A stretch of DNA of 64,000 nt from an uncultured Bacteroidales bacterium (GCA_903913885.1 CAIWMX010000011.1:13512-77511), one strand, 5' to 3'. Numbered from the stretch's first letter, positions 52,021 to 61,196 are shown. Program-made: numbers and translations. The notes: generated from the sequence alone by a model not told the origin.

Positions 52021-53103
52021 ATGCTAGCAAGTCATAATCTTACTGAAAACACCTACAGCGAGATCCTGGTTGAAAAACGGCCCTGCAGGGATTTGAGCGG
52101 GAATCCCGTGGAAGGACTTTTCAACGCGTGGATCATCCTGAATAATCCCCAGCAGTATAACTCCTATACCACCGGCGCCGTGAAGGAGGTGATTCTCGCC
52201 ATGCGGGAGGCCTCCAACGACCGGAGCGTGGTGGCGGTCGTGTTCACCGGGGTGGGCGACAAAGCCTTTTGCACCGGGGGCAACACGAAGGAATATGCCG
52301 AGTATTATGCCGGCAATCCGCAGGAATACAAGCAGTACATGCGCCTGTTCAACGACATGGTCTCCTCCATCCTGATGAACGACAAGCCGGTTGTTTGCCG
52401 CGTAAACGGCATGCGCATCGGCGGAGGCCAGGAGATCGGGATGGCCTGCGATTTCTCCATCGCCCAGGATTTCGCGCGGTTCGGGCAGGCAGGCCCGAAA
52501 CATGGCAGCGCCCCCGACGGAGGTTCAACAGATTTCCTGCCCCTGTTCGTGGGCATCGAAAACGCCATGTTCTCCTGCACGGTCTGCGATCCGTGGTCGG
52601 CATACGAAGCCATTCGCGGCGGACTGGTCACCGAAGTGGTGCCGGCGCTTAGAGTAAATGGGGAATTCATCCCAAACCCGCTGGTTTACACCGATCAATG
52701 GGTCAACAGCAAAGGCCAGATCGTTTACGGAAAAATGAAAACCGGGGAAGATCTGGCCAAAGGCAAGGAACTGATGAAATCGGGAGAAATGGATCTCGCC
52801 ATGCTGGACCAGGCCGTTGAACGCTTTTGCACCAAACTCCTCTACCTGATGCCGAACTGTTTGAGCAAAACGCTGAATTCGCTCAGAAAACACAAGCTCG
52901 AACATTGGGACAGGAACAAGGAGAGCAACCGCGACTGGCTGGCCCTGAACATGATGACCGAAGGAAAGGCCGGTTTCAGGGCATTCAACGATGGTCCGAA
53001 GGACAAACGGGAGGTTGACTTTATCAAACTGCGGCAGCTGCTTGCCGAAGGCCACGAGTGGAACGACGAGCTGATCAGGGCGGTTTCGCCGCAGTGTCAG
53101 TAG
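52021..53103 (+). CDS. oah: 6-oxocyclohex-1-ene-1-carbonyl-CoA hydrolase-like (ring-opening crotonase; Oah/BamA type)
   Basis: 360 aa. Crotonase core (VVFTGVGDKAFCTGGN..CRVNGMRIGGGQEIGMACDF) plus the extra approximately 100 aa that distinguishes Oah/BamA (about 360-380 aa) from ordinary crotonases or BadI (about 260 aa). Confidence 0.72.
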   Translation: MLASHNLTENTYSEILVEKRPCRDLSGNPVEGLFNAWIILNNPQQYNSYTTGAVKEVILAMREASNDRSVVAVVFTGVGDKAFCTGGNTKEYAEYYAGNPQEYKQYMRLFNDMVSSILMNDKPVVCRVNGMRIGGGQEIGMACDFSIAQDFARFGQAGPKHGSAPDGGSTDFLPLFVGIENAMFSCTVCDPWSAYEAIRGGLVTEVVPALRVNGEFIPNPLVYTDQWVNSKGQIVYGKMKTGEDLAKGKELMKSGEMDLAMLDQAVERFCTKLLYLMPNCLSKTLNSLRKHKLEHWDRNKESNRDWLALNMMTEGKAGFRAFNDGPKDKREVDFIKLRQLLAEGHEWNDELIRAVSPQCQ

Positions 53104-53199
53104 ACCTCACCCCCATGACCAAAAGGGACCTCACCCCCCTGACCCCATGACCAAAAGGGACCTCACCCCCCTGACCCCCTCTCCTCGAAGGAGAGGGGG
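53103..53199 (+). repeat. GACCTCACCCCC..ATGACCAAAAGG repeat x2.5 ending in the identical hairpin CCCCCTCTCC-TCGAA-GGAGAGGGGG
   Basis: Located in the oah/dch spacer. The hairpin at 53175-53199 is identical in stem and loop to the one at 51950-51974. Confidence 0.92.
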
Positions 53200-53256
53200 A
53201 GAAACATACCTCGAAAAAGTGTGGTTTTTTTAAATATAAATGAAGATACTGAAAAA

Positions 53257-54030
53257 ATGCAAAAGATCAAAGTTGAGTATTTATTTGAGGAGACTGTTGC
53301 CAGGGTGATCCTCGACGACGGGAAGGCCAATATCCTCGATGCTGTTATGATGGGCGATATTACCAATTTACTGGTTTCGCTGAAGGATCGGCCGGATATC
53401 AAGCTGATCACCTTTGAAGGTGCCGGGAATAATTTCTCCTACGGCGCGAGTGTGGCCGAGCACACCAAAGACAAAGCAGCCGCGATGCTCGACGGGTTTC
53501 ATAAAATGTTCTTCGCCCTCATCGACCTGCACACCCCGACCCTGGCCAAGTTGTCGGGACAGTGCCTTGGCGGCGGGTTCGAGCTGCCGCTGGCATGCAA
53601 CTTCATTTTTGCCGACAAGAGTGCAAAAATCGGGCAGCCGGAGATCATTCTGGGCGTTTTCGCACCTCCTGCTTCGGTGATGCTGCCCCTGAAAATCGGC
53701 AATGCCAAAGCGGAAGAGTTGCTGATTACCGGGCGGGTCATTTCAGCCGATGAGGCTAAATCGCTGGGTCTGGTGAACGAAGTATATGACGACAAAACAG
53801 CCCTGGAAGCCGCCACGGATGAATGGATCCGGAAAAACATCCTGGGAAAGAGCGCTTCCGCCCTGCGGTTTGCCACCCGGGCAGCCCGCGCCTCGTTCGA
53901 CTTCTTTATGCTGAAACATCTTCCCGAATTTGCCGGTATGTACGTGAACGAAATGATGGAAACCCATGATGCCAACGAAGGGATCAACGCCTTTATCGAA
54001 AAGAGGAAGCCGGTGTGGAAGAATTGCTGA
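53257..54030 (+). CDS. dch: cyclohexa-1,5-diene-1-carbonyl-CoA hydratase-like crotonase
   Basis: The start is moved to MQKIKVEY (ATG at 53257), giving 257 aa. Crotonase fold with FSYGASVAEH in place of the usual FxAGADI, which I recall as a dienoyl-CoA hydratase trait. Operon context supports the call. Confidence 0.62.
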   Translation: MQKIKVEYLFEETVARVILDDGKANILDAVMMGDITNLLVSLKDRPDIKLITFEGAGNNFSYGASVAEHTKDKAAAMLDGFHKMFFALIDLHTPTLAKLSGQCLGGGFELPLACNFIFADKSAKIGQPEIILGVFAPPASVMLPLKIGNAKAEELLITGRVISADEAKSLGLVNEVYDDKTALEAATDEWIRKNILGKSASALRFATRAARASFDFFMLKHLPEFAGMYVNEMMETHDANEGINAFIEKRKPVWKNC

Positions 54031-54033
54031 CAT

Positions 54034-54104
54034 TAATGCCTCTCCCCCTAACCCCCTGGCAATAATGCCTCACCCCCTAACCCCCTCTCCCCAGGGAGAG
54101 GGGG
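54034..54104 (+). repeat. TAATGCCTCNCCCCCTAACCCCCT x2 ending in the hairpin CCCCCTCTCC-CCAG-GGAGAGGGGG
   Basis: Located in the spacer between dch and the dehydratase-family gene. The stem at 54081-54104 is the same as in the two previous elements, with a different loop. Confidence 0.9.
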
Positions 54105-54130
54105 AACCGGACACGTAAATATTAAAACCT

Positions 54131-55384
54131 ATGAGTGAAAAAACAACACAGGACAAGAGCGAGCTGGTGAAACTGCAATCGGCAGGCGAACTGCGCAAAA
54201 CCATGGATGGTTATTTTTCGCGGCTCAGGGAGGCTGCCGAAACCGGCAGCCGGAAAATCGCCTGGTGCACCAGCGTGGGGCCGGCAGAGCTGCTGTATTC
54301 GATGGGCTTCGAGGTTTTCTTCCCCGAGAACCACGGCGCCATGCTGGGCGCCGGTAAAAATGCCGACAAGTACATTCCCACGGCGGTGGCCCACGGCTAC
54401 TCCCCCGACATCTGTTCCTATCTCACCAGCGACATCGGCGCCTTTCTTCAGAATGAGACGCCCCTGCAGAAAAGCGGGTTCAAATCGGTGCCGACGCCCG
54501 ATATCCTGGTTTACAACACGAACCAGTGCCGGGAGGTCGAAGACTGGTTCAGCTTTTATGGCCGGCATTTCAAAGTGCCCGTGGTGGGCATTCACACCCC
54601 GTTGTGCATCACCGATCTTGGCCCCGAAATCATCAAAACCGTGGCCGAACAGTATCACCGCATCATTCCCGAACTTGAAAAGGTGGCAGGGGTGAAATTC
54701 GACATCGACCGGTTCAGGGAAACAGTCGGGTTGTCGCACGATGGCTGCGTTCTCTGGAAAGAGGTGCTGCAAAAAGCCAAAAACATCCCGGCACCCATCA
54801 ACTTCTTCGACTCCGCCATACACATGGGACCCATCGTGGTGATGCGCGGAACGCAGTATGCCAATGACTATTACAAAATCCTGCTGGCCGAACTGCAGGA
54901 GCGAATCGAACAGCATATCAGCGCCGTTCCCTCGGAGAGGTTCAGGCTTTACTGGGAAGGAATGCCGCTCTGGTACCGCCTGAGCAACCTGGCAAAACTG
55001 TTCGCCAAACTCGACACCTGCATTGTGGCGTCAACCTATTGCAACAGCTGGGTATTCGACGACCTTGACCCGGCGGACCCGTTTGAATCGTCGGCACTGG
55101 CTTACAGCAAACTCTTCATCGTCAGGTCAGATACGGTAAAGGAAAATGTGCTCGACCAGCTGATGCAGGAGTTCAGCGTGAACGGGATCATCTACCACGA
55201 GTCGAAGACCTGTGCCCGCAATTCCAACAACCGCTTCGGGCTGCAAAACCGGCTCCTCAAAAGGAATGGGATCCCTTACCTTGAAATAAACGGCGATCTT
55301 AACGATCCGCGCTGCTACAGCGAGGAGCAAAGCATCATCGCCATCGAGACATTCATCGATCAACTCTCCGGCCAGATAAAATGA
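54131..55384 (+). CDS. single-subunit 2-hydroxyacyl-CoA dehydratase-family protein (candidate double-cubane-cluster-type reductase)
   Basis: 417 aa, same superfamily as BcrB/C and HgdA/B (KIAWCTSVGPAELLYSMGFEVFFPENHGA, PDICSYL..). It has nine Cys, only one such subunit is present, and a short activase gene follows. Confidence 0.6.
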   Translation: MSEKTTQDKSELVKLQSAGELRKTMDGYFSRLREAAETGSRKIAWCTSVGPAELLYSMGFEVFFPENHGAMLGAGKNADKYIPTAVAHGYSPDICSYLTSDIGAFLQNETPLQKSGFKSVPTPDILVYNTNQCREVEDWFSFYGRHFKVPVVGIHTPLCITDLGPEIIKTVAEQYHRIIPELEKVAGVKFDIDRFRETVGLSHDGCVLWKEVLQKAKNIPAPINFFDSAIHMGPIVVMRGTQYANDYYKILLAELQERIEQHISAVPSERFRLYWEGMPLWYRLSNLAKLFAKLDTCIVASTYCNSWVFDDLDPADPFESSALAYSKLFIVRSDTVKENVLDQLMQEFSVNGIIYHESKTCARNSNNRFGLQNRLLKRNGIPYLEINGDLNDPRCYSEEQSIIAIETFIDQLSGQIK

Positions 55385-55412
55385 CCGCTGATCCTAACGC
55401 AAAAAACTGAAC

Positions 55413-56162
55413 ATGTACCGTCTGGGCATCGATCTCGGGTCATCTTTCACCAAAGGCGTACTGGTTGATGAAAACAACCGGCTGGCCGATGTTTTCTGTG
55501 TCAGGTCGGGGTATAACTTCAACAACGCCGCCGAAAAAATCATCGCGCATTTCACGGAGAAACACGAGGTTGCTTTTCCTGTTTACACCTGCGGATACGG
55601 GCGGGAACAGATTAAAGTACCGTTCATCTCCAACTCGGAACTGATCGCGCTTTCGAAGGCGGTCTTCGAAATTTACAAGCGATCGTGTTCGATCATCGAC
55701 ATCGGCGGGCAGGACACGAAATTTATCCAGGTCAATTCGCAGGGCCAGGTTGAAAAATTCAAAATGAACCGCAAGTGCGCCGCCGGCACGGGCTCCTTCC
55801 TCGAAGAGATCGCCTTCAGGCTGGATGTGACCCCGGCTGAATTCACGAAATTTGCCGCGGAGGCTACCGGGGAAGTGAAGATCAACAGTTTCTGCACTGT
55901 ATTCGCCATTTCGGAGATCATCGGCATGATCAAGAACGGTGCATCGCTGCCGAACATCATCCTGGGAATCTATAACTCCATCATACTGAGATCATCGGAA
56001 CTTTCGCTGGTCGAAGGTTACGTGGTGATCACCGGAGGGTTGCCCGCCATGCACCCGACCATCGTCAGCCTGTTCAAAAAAAAATACCCGGAATCCGACA
56101 GCCCCGAACATTCGCAGTTCCTGGCTGCCTACGGGTGCGTGCTTTTAAACACATCAAAATAA
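55413..56162 (+). CDS. acyl-CoA dehydratase activase / BadF-BadG-BcrA-BcrD-type ATPase (HgdC-like, short form)
   Basis: 249 aa. GIDLGSSFTKGVLVD, DIGGQDTKFIQV, NRKCAAGTGSFLE and ITGGLP. HgdC-like size with no insertion. Confidence 0.85.
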   Translation: MYRLGIDLGSSFTKGVLVDENNRLADVFCVRSGYNFNNAAEKIIAHFTEKHEVAFPVYTCGYGREQIKVPFISNSELIALSKAVFEIYKRSCSIIDIGGQDTKFIQVNSQGQVEKFKMNRKCAAGTGSFLEEIAFRLDVTPAEFTKFAAEATGEVKINSFCTVFAISEIIGMIKNGASLPNIILGIYNSIILRSSELSLVEGYVVITGGLPAMHPTIVSLFKKKYPESDSPEHSQFLAAYGCVLLNTSK

Positions 56163-56190
56163 AGTATTAAACAACCATTCAATTCAGCGT

Positions 56191-57459
56191 ATGGATAACA
56201 AAGCTAAAGAAGTCGTGATCGTAAGTGCTGCCCGAACGCCGATCGGCAGGCACGGAGGCTACTACAATGATCTTCCGGCCGAAGACCTCGCCGTATTGGC
56301 CGTGTATGAAGCCATCCTGCGGTCGGGAATCGACCTGGCCACCATCCGGATCGACCACGTCGTTGCCGGGATGATCTACATCGATTCGATGAACCAGCAG
56401 ATCTACCTCCCGAGAAACGTGGCGATGCGGGTGGCGGATAAGTTCAACGACACGGATAATCTTCGTGTTGCGCCCGGCAAGACAACCCTGCGCATCTGCG
56501 GCACCGGTTTCCAGGTGCTTGCCGACGGGTTTGATCAGCTGATGTCGGATACCGAAAACGCCGGCTGCGTGCTCGCCTTTGCCACGGAGAACATGTCGCA
56601 GACCAACCTTATCCACCAGGGACGGAGAAAAAAGGAAAGCGTTTGGGATTTCGAAGAGGGGCGGCTCCGCGATTACCTGATGGAGGGGTTCAACCACAAC
56701 CTCTTCCAAACCCTGATGCCGAAAACGGCAGAACTGTATGGCTCCCAGACCGGCATCACCCGCAGGGAGTGCGACGAGTTTTCTTACCTCAGCCATATTC
56801 GCGCCATCAACGCGCAATCGAAACAGTGGAACCGGTTTGCCAACCCCGGGGAAAACAACTACCTCCGGGGCATCTTCACAGTCGACACCGTTGACAAGGC
56901 AGGCAATGCCCTCAATGTGTGGCGGGATGAAGGTACAAAATACGATATCAGCCTCGATGAACTCGCCAACCTGCGGCCGATGCTGAAACCCAACGGGCTT
57001 GTCACGCCGGGCACCGCCAGCCAGATCAGTGATGGCGCAGCCGCTGCCGTGCTGATGGAGCGTTCGTTTGCCGATGAAAACAACATCCCCTGCCTTGCGA
57101 AGATCAAGGGATACCAGTTTTCGACCGTCCCCCCCGAAATCATGGGCCAGGGACCGGTGCCGGCCATCATCGACCTGCTGGCAAAACTGGATATGAAAAA
57201 GGAGGATGTCGACCTTTTCGAGGTCAACGAGGCCTTTGCCGCCCAGTATCTGGGCGTGGAGAAGGAACTCCGCCTCCCGCGCGACCGTACCAACGTGAAC
57301 GGGGGCGCCATCGCCATGGGCCACAATATCGCCGCCACCGGCCTGCGCATCACCACCGACCTAGTGTACGAGTTAAAACGGCGGGGACTGAAAACCGGCA
57401 TCGCATCGGCCTGCATCGGCGGCGGCCAGGGCGGGGCCATCTGCGTGGAAATTGTTTAA
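56191..57459 (+). CDS. acetyl-CoA C-acyltransferase (thiolase)
   Basis: 422 aa. Active-site Cys context RICGTGFQ, and C-terminal NVNGGAIAMGHNIAATG and ACIGGGQGGA. Confidence 0.9.
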   Translation: MDNKAKEVVIVSAARTPIGRHGGYYNDLPAEDLAVLAVYEAILRSGIDLATIRIDHVVAGMIYIDSMNQQIYLPRNVAMRVADKFNDTDNLRVAPGKTTLRICGTGFQVLADGFDQLMSDTENAGCVLAFATENMSQTNLIHQGRRKKESVWDFEEGRLRDYLMEGFNHNLFQTLMPKTAELYGSQTGITRRECDEFSYLSHIRAINAQSKQWNRFANPGENNYLRGIFTVDTVDKAGNALNVWRDEGTKYDISLDELANLRPMLKPNGLVTPGTASQISDGAAAAVLMERSFADENNIPCLAKIKGYQFSTVPPEIMGQGPVPAIIDLLAKLDMKKEDVDLFEVNEAFAAQYLGVEKELRLPRDRTNVNGGAIAMGHNIAATGLRITTDLVYELKRRGLKTGIASACIGGGQGGAICVEIV

Positions 57460-57493
57460 TCATCAACCATTAATTACCCAATAACGTAACAAC

Positions 57494-59956
57494 ATGGGAA
57501 CTGTTTTTTCATTCGGGAACAAACTACTCCAGAAGGAAGTCGCGAAACTCAACAGCATTAAAAAAATTGCCGTTATCGGTTCGGGAACCATGGGTATCGG
57601 CATCGGCATCGACATCCTCAACAAAACAGGGTTCGATGTCATCTTCATTGACGTGGCCGACGCCGCGCTCGAAAGAGCCAGGAGAGATATTACCGCGTAT
57701 TTTTCAGGTCTCGCCGAAGGCGGAAGGATCCTTGACGAACAGGCTTTGGAATATATTTCGCGGGTAACCTATTCAAAAGATTTCACCCTCCTCGGGCAGA
57801 CGGAGATCATCTGGGAGGCAGCCACCGAACGGATCGACGTGAAAAAGGTGATTTTCGGGAACATAGAAAAATATGCCGATCCGGGAAAGCTTGTTTTTAT
57901 CTTTTCCAACACCTCCTCGCACACCACGGCCGAACTGGCGGTGCTGTTCAACGACCGGCTCCTCATGGATAAATTCCTGACCGGCCATGGTTATTTCCCG
58001 TTCCATGCAAACCGCCTCTTCGACGTCATGAAAGGGAAATACGCTTCGGAAGAGACCTTTACCGCCGGGGTGGCCTTCGCCGAACAGGTGCTGGAGAAGA
58101 AGGTTATCGCGCTGCGGAACGACCATCACGGTTATGTGGCCGATCCCATTTTCGAAGGTATGGCGGCCATCATCCAGTGGGACATCCAAACCGGGCAGGA
58201 CCTGGTGGAACTCCCGCAGGTTTTTGAATTGCTGACGGCCAACCCGTTCCAGGTACTCGACCGGACAGGCCACATGCCCTATACCGAATGCGCCAGGCAC
58301 CTGGGGAGGGCCCTTCCCGGCAATGACCGGCTGAAAAGTGTTTACAACCAGGATGGCCGGCATTACCCGCAGTGGATCGAAGATCTCGAGAAATCAGGAA
58401 AGACCGGACTCGCCTCGAAGGAAAAACAGGGCTTCTTCAGGTGGGCGGGTGCGGCAAACCGTGAAAAGATCACCGGGGTGTATGATCCCGGGAGCAAGGA
58501 ATATGTTGCCATCGCAGAGATAAGCCGCCTCGATTACTGGTCGCTGTCTGAAGCCGCTGCGCTGGACCACCGCGAATCGGCCATCAAAAGCATCGACGGG
58601 CTGATCCTTATTGCCGGATCGGACGACAAAGGAGGCCTGACCTTCCGAAGATACGTCATCCCCATCATGCTGTATGCCCTCGATCTGATCCAGGACAATT
58701 ACGCCACCGCGGCCGACATCGATTCCTCCTCTAAGGTGGGCCTTCGCTTCAAATATGGTTTATGCGAGATCATCGACAAATTTATCGGTCATTTCAGCAT
58801 CGACGGATTTATCGGGCTGGTAAAAAAATCGGCGCTCGAAAATCCCGGAAGGGACGAACTTTTTGATGTTGACGGAAACAGCGGGCCCCGGAAAGGTTGC
58901 CCCTCCCTGCTATATACGATGAAGAAAAACGGATGGAAAGGTCTGCTCGGTTACGGGCGCATCTATGGCACCCCCGTAAGCCAGCGCAACTTCGCAACCG
59001 GGGCGATGGATCTGTATTACAATGATCTGCGGTTCATTTATCCCTCCAAAAAAGACCGGGTTGCCACCATTATTTTCGACAACCCGCTCCGCGGGAATGT
59101 GTGGAACCGGAACACCCTCGACCAGCTTGACCACGCCATCGGGATCTCGACCGCCCTGTTTGAGCAGGGAGAACTGGGTGCGCTGCTCTTTACCGCTTCG
59201 GGCAAGGGGATGCGCATGCTCGGAGCTGATGCCCGGCAGTTCAACAAGGGCTGGTTTGATGCCCGCACGGGATACCAGTTCCTCGGGGAGGAGGATGCCT
59301 CCTGGTTCACCAAAGCCGGGATGCGGCTGTTCCGTTTCATCCAGGAGATGCCCGTTTGGACCATTGGCGTGTTTGGCGAAAAATGGGGCGGCGGCGCTGA
59401 ATTCACTTATTTCCTGAACCAGCGGTTCGACCTGGTGATGCATGGGGTTGAGTTTGATTCCCTTAAAAGGAAAAACGTTTTCAAAACCAAAAAGAATTAC
59501 AACCAGCCAGAAATTGAATATGGCATCCTGGGCGGCTTTGGCGCCGTGCAGGAACTGGTCCGCCTGGGTTTCGGCGAGTCGCTCATCGACGAACTTTTCA
59601 TCCAGGGCCTCACGGCAACACGGGCTCACGAACTCGGACTCTCAAACAGCGTAAGCGATAATGAATACGAACTGCTTGAAAAAGCGTTCGAACTGGCCCG
59701 GCTGAAACAAAAGTACGCGGTACCTTATGCCGTGGCCCTCTATAACCTGCAGAAAAAGAATGCGTTCGCAGAAGGGTGCAACGATGACCGGCTTACCAGG
59801 GAAACCGGCGAAACCTTCAATCCCGCGAAAAATCCCTATATTTCCACCGCGTTGTTGCGCCTGCTGAACATCGGCGGAAATAACCCGCCGTTGAACCTCG
59901 AAGTGCGGGGCAATTTGCCGGGTTGGGAGAACAACTATGACAAATTATACGAATAA
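57494..59956 (+). CDS. bifunctional 3-hydroxyacyl-CoA dehydrogenase (N-terminal) / enoyl-CoA hydratase-like (C-terminal) protein
   Basis: 820 aa. N-terminal Rossmann IAVIGSGTMGIGIG plus the HACD fold, and a C-terminal approximately 300 aa crotonase-like domain (VATIIFDNPLRGNVWN..LFTASGKGMRMLGADA..). The domain order is reversed relative to FadB. Confidence 0.82.
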   Translation: MGTVFSFGNKLLQKEVAKLNSIKKIAVIGSGTMGIGIGIDILNKTGFDVIFIDVADAALERARRDITAYFSGLAEGGRILDEQALEYISRVTYSKDFTLLGQTEIIWEAATERIDVKKVIFGNIEKYADPGKLVFIFSNTSSHTTAELAVLFNDRLLMDKFLTGHGYFPFHANRLFDVMKGKYASEETFTAGVAFAEQVLEKKVIALRNDHHGYVADPIFEGMAAIIQWDIQTGQDLVELPQVFELLTANPFQVLDRTGHMPYTECARHLGRALPGNDRLKSVYNQDGRHYPQWIEDLEKSGKTGLASKEKQGFFRWAGAANREKITGVYDPGSKEYVAIAEISRLDYWSLSEAAALDHRESAIKSIDGLILIAGSDDKGGLTFRRYVIPIMLYALDLIQDNYATAADIDSSSKVGLRFKYGLCEIIDKFIGHFSIDGFIGLVKKSALENPGRDELFDVDGNSGPRKGCPSLLYTMKKNGWKGLLGYGRIYGTPVSQRNFATGAMDLYYNDLRFIYPSKKDRVATIIFDNPLRGNVWNRNTLDQLDHAIGISTALFEQGELGALLFTASGKGMRMLGADARQFNKGWFDARTGYQFLGEEDASWFTKAGMRLFRFIQEMPVWTIGVFGEKWGGGAEFTYFLNQRFDLVMHGVEFDSLKRKNVFKTKKNYNQPEIEYGILGGFGAVQELVRLGFGESLIDELFIQGLTATRAHELGLSNSVSDNEYELLEKAFELARLKQKYAVPYAVALYNLQKKNAFAEGCNDDRLTRETGETFNPAKNPYISTALLRLLNIGGNNPPLNLEVRGNLPGWENNYDKLYE

Positions 59957-59984
59957 CACCTGTAATTCCTTTTAACTGAGAAAT

Positions 59985-61163
59985 ATGGCAACGATCCGAT
60001 ACAAATCGCCCGACTATTACCTGGTGGATGAACTTTTTACCGATGAGCACAAGCTCATCCGAGGCACGATCCGCGACTGGGTGAACCGCTCGGTGATGCC
60101 CATCATCGATGATGCCAGCCAGCACCACGAGTTTCCCCGCCACCTCGTAAAGGAACTGGGTGAAATAGGGGCGTTCGGTCCCTATATCCCGGTAGAATAC
60201 GGCGGGTCGGGGCTCGACCAGGTATCGTACGGGCTGATCATGCAGGAGCTTGAAAGAGGGGATTCGGGCGTACGCTCGATGGCCTCGGTACAATCGTCGT
60301 TGGTTATGTACCCCATTTTCAAATACGGCACGGAAGAGCAGCGGAGGAAATACCTGCCGAAACTGGCTACCGGGGAGATGATCGGTGCCTTCGGGCTCAC
60401 CGAGCCCAACCATGGTTCCGATCCCGGGAGCATGCTGTGCAAATTCACCGACCAGGGCGATCATTACCTGCTGAACGGCTCCAAAATGTGGATCACCAAC
60501 GCCCCCATCTCCGACATCAGCGTGGTATGGGCAAAGGATGAAACCGGCACCATAAGGGGACTGATCGTGGAACGCGGCATGGAAGGGTTCACCACGCCAG
60601 AAACCCTGAAGAAATGGTCGTTGCGGGCCTCCTCCACCGGCGAACTCGTTTTCGACGACGTAAAGGTGCCCAAAGCCAACCTGCTGCCTGGCGTCAAAGG
60701 GTTGAAGGGGCCGCTCAGCTGCCTGAGCTCGGCCAGGTATGGCATCGCATGGGGCGTGATAGGCGCGGCAATGGATTGCTACGACACGGCCCTGCAGTAT
60801 TCAAAAGAGCGGAAACAGTTCGGCAAACCCATTGCAGCTTTCCAGCTGACGCAGAAAAAACTCGCGGAAATGCTCACCGAGATCACCAAGGCACAACTGC
60901 TCGCCTGGCGCCTGGGCATGCTGCGCAACGAAGACCGGGCCACGCCGGCACAGATCTCCATGGCCAAACGGAACAACGTGAAAATGGCACTTGACATTGC
61001 CCGGGAATCGCGCCAGGTGCTGGGTGCCATGGGTATTTCCGGCGATTTCCCCATGATGCGGCACATGATGAACCTGGAGTCGGTCATCACCTACGAAGGC
61101 ACGCACGACATCCACCTGCTCATCACCGGCCACGACATCACCGGGGAAAGTGCATTTGAATAA
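59985..61163 (+). CDS. gcdH: glutaryl-CoA dehydrogenase
   Basis: 392 aa. DSGVRSMASVQSSLVMYPI, FGLTEPNHGSDPGSM and TYEGTHDIHLLITG closely track the GCDH signature blocks I know from the mammalian and bacterial enzymes. Confidence 0.85.
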   Translation: MATIRYKSPDYYLVDELFTDEHKLIRGTIRDWVNRSVMPIIDDASQHHEFPRHLVKELGEIGAFGPYIPVEYGGSGLDQVSYGLIMQELERGDSGVRSMASVQSSLVMYPIFKYGTEEQRRKYLPKLATGEMIGAFGLTEPNHGSDPGSMLCKFTDQGDHYLLNGSKMWITNAPISDISVVWAKDETGTIRGLIVERGMEGFTTPETLKKWSLRASSTGELVFDDVKVPKANLLPGVKGLKGPLSCLSSARYGIAWGVIGAAMDCYDTALQYSKERKQFGKPIAAFQLTQKKLAEMLTEITKAQLLAWRLGMLRNEDRATPAQISMAKRNNVKMALDIARESRQVLGAMGISGDFPMMRHMMNLESVITYEGTHDIHLLITGHDITGESAFE

Positions 61164-61196
61164 ACCCCGGGAACCATCGTGAAAATCAAACGTTAA

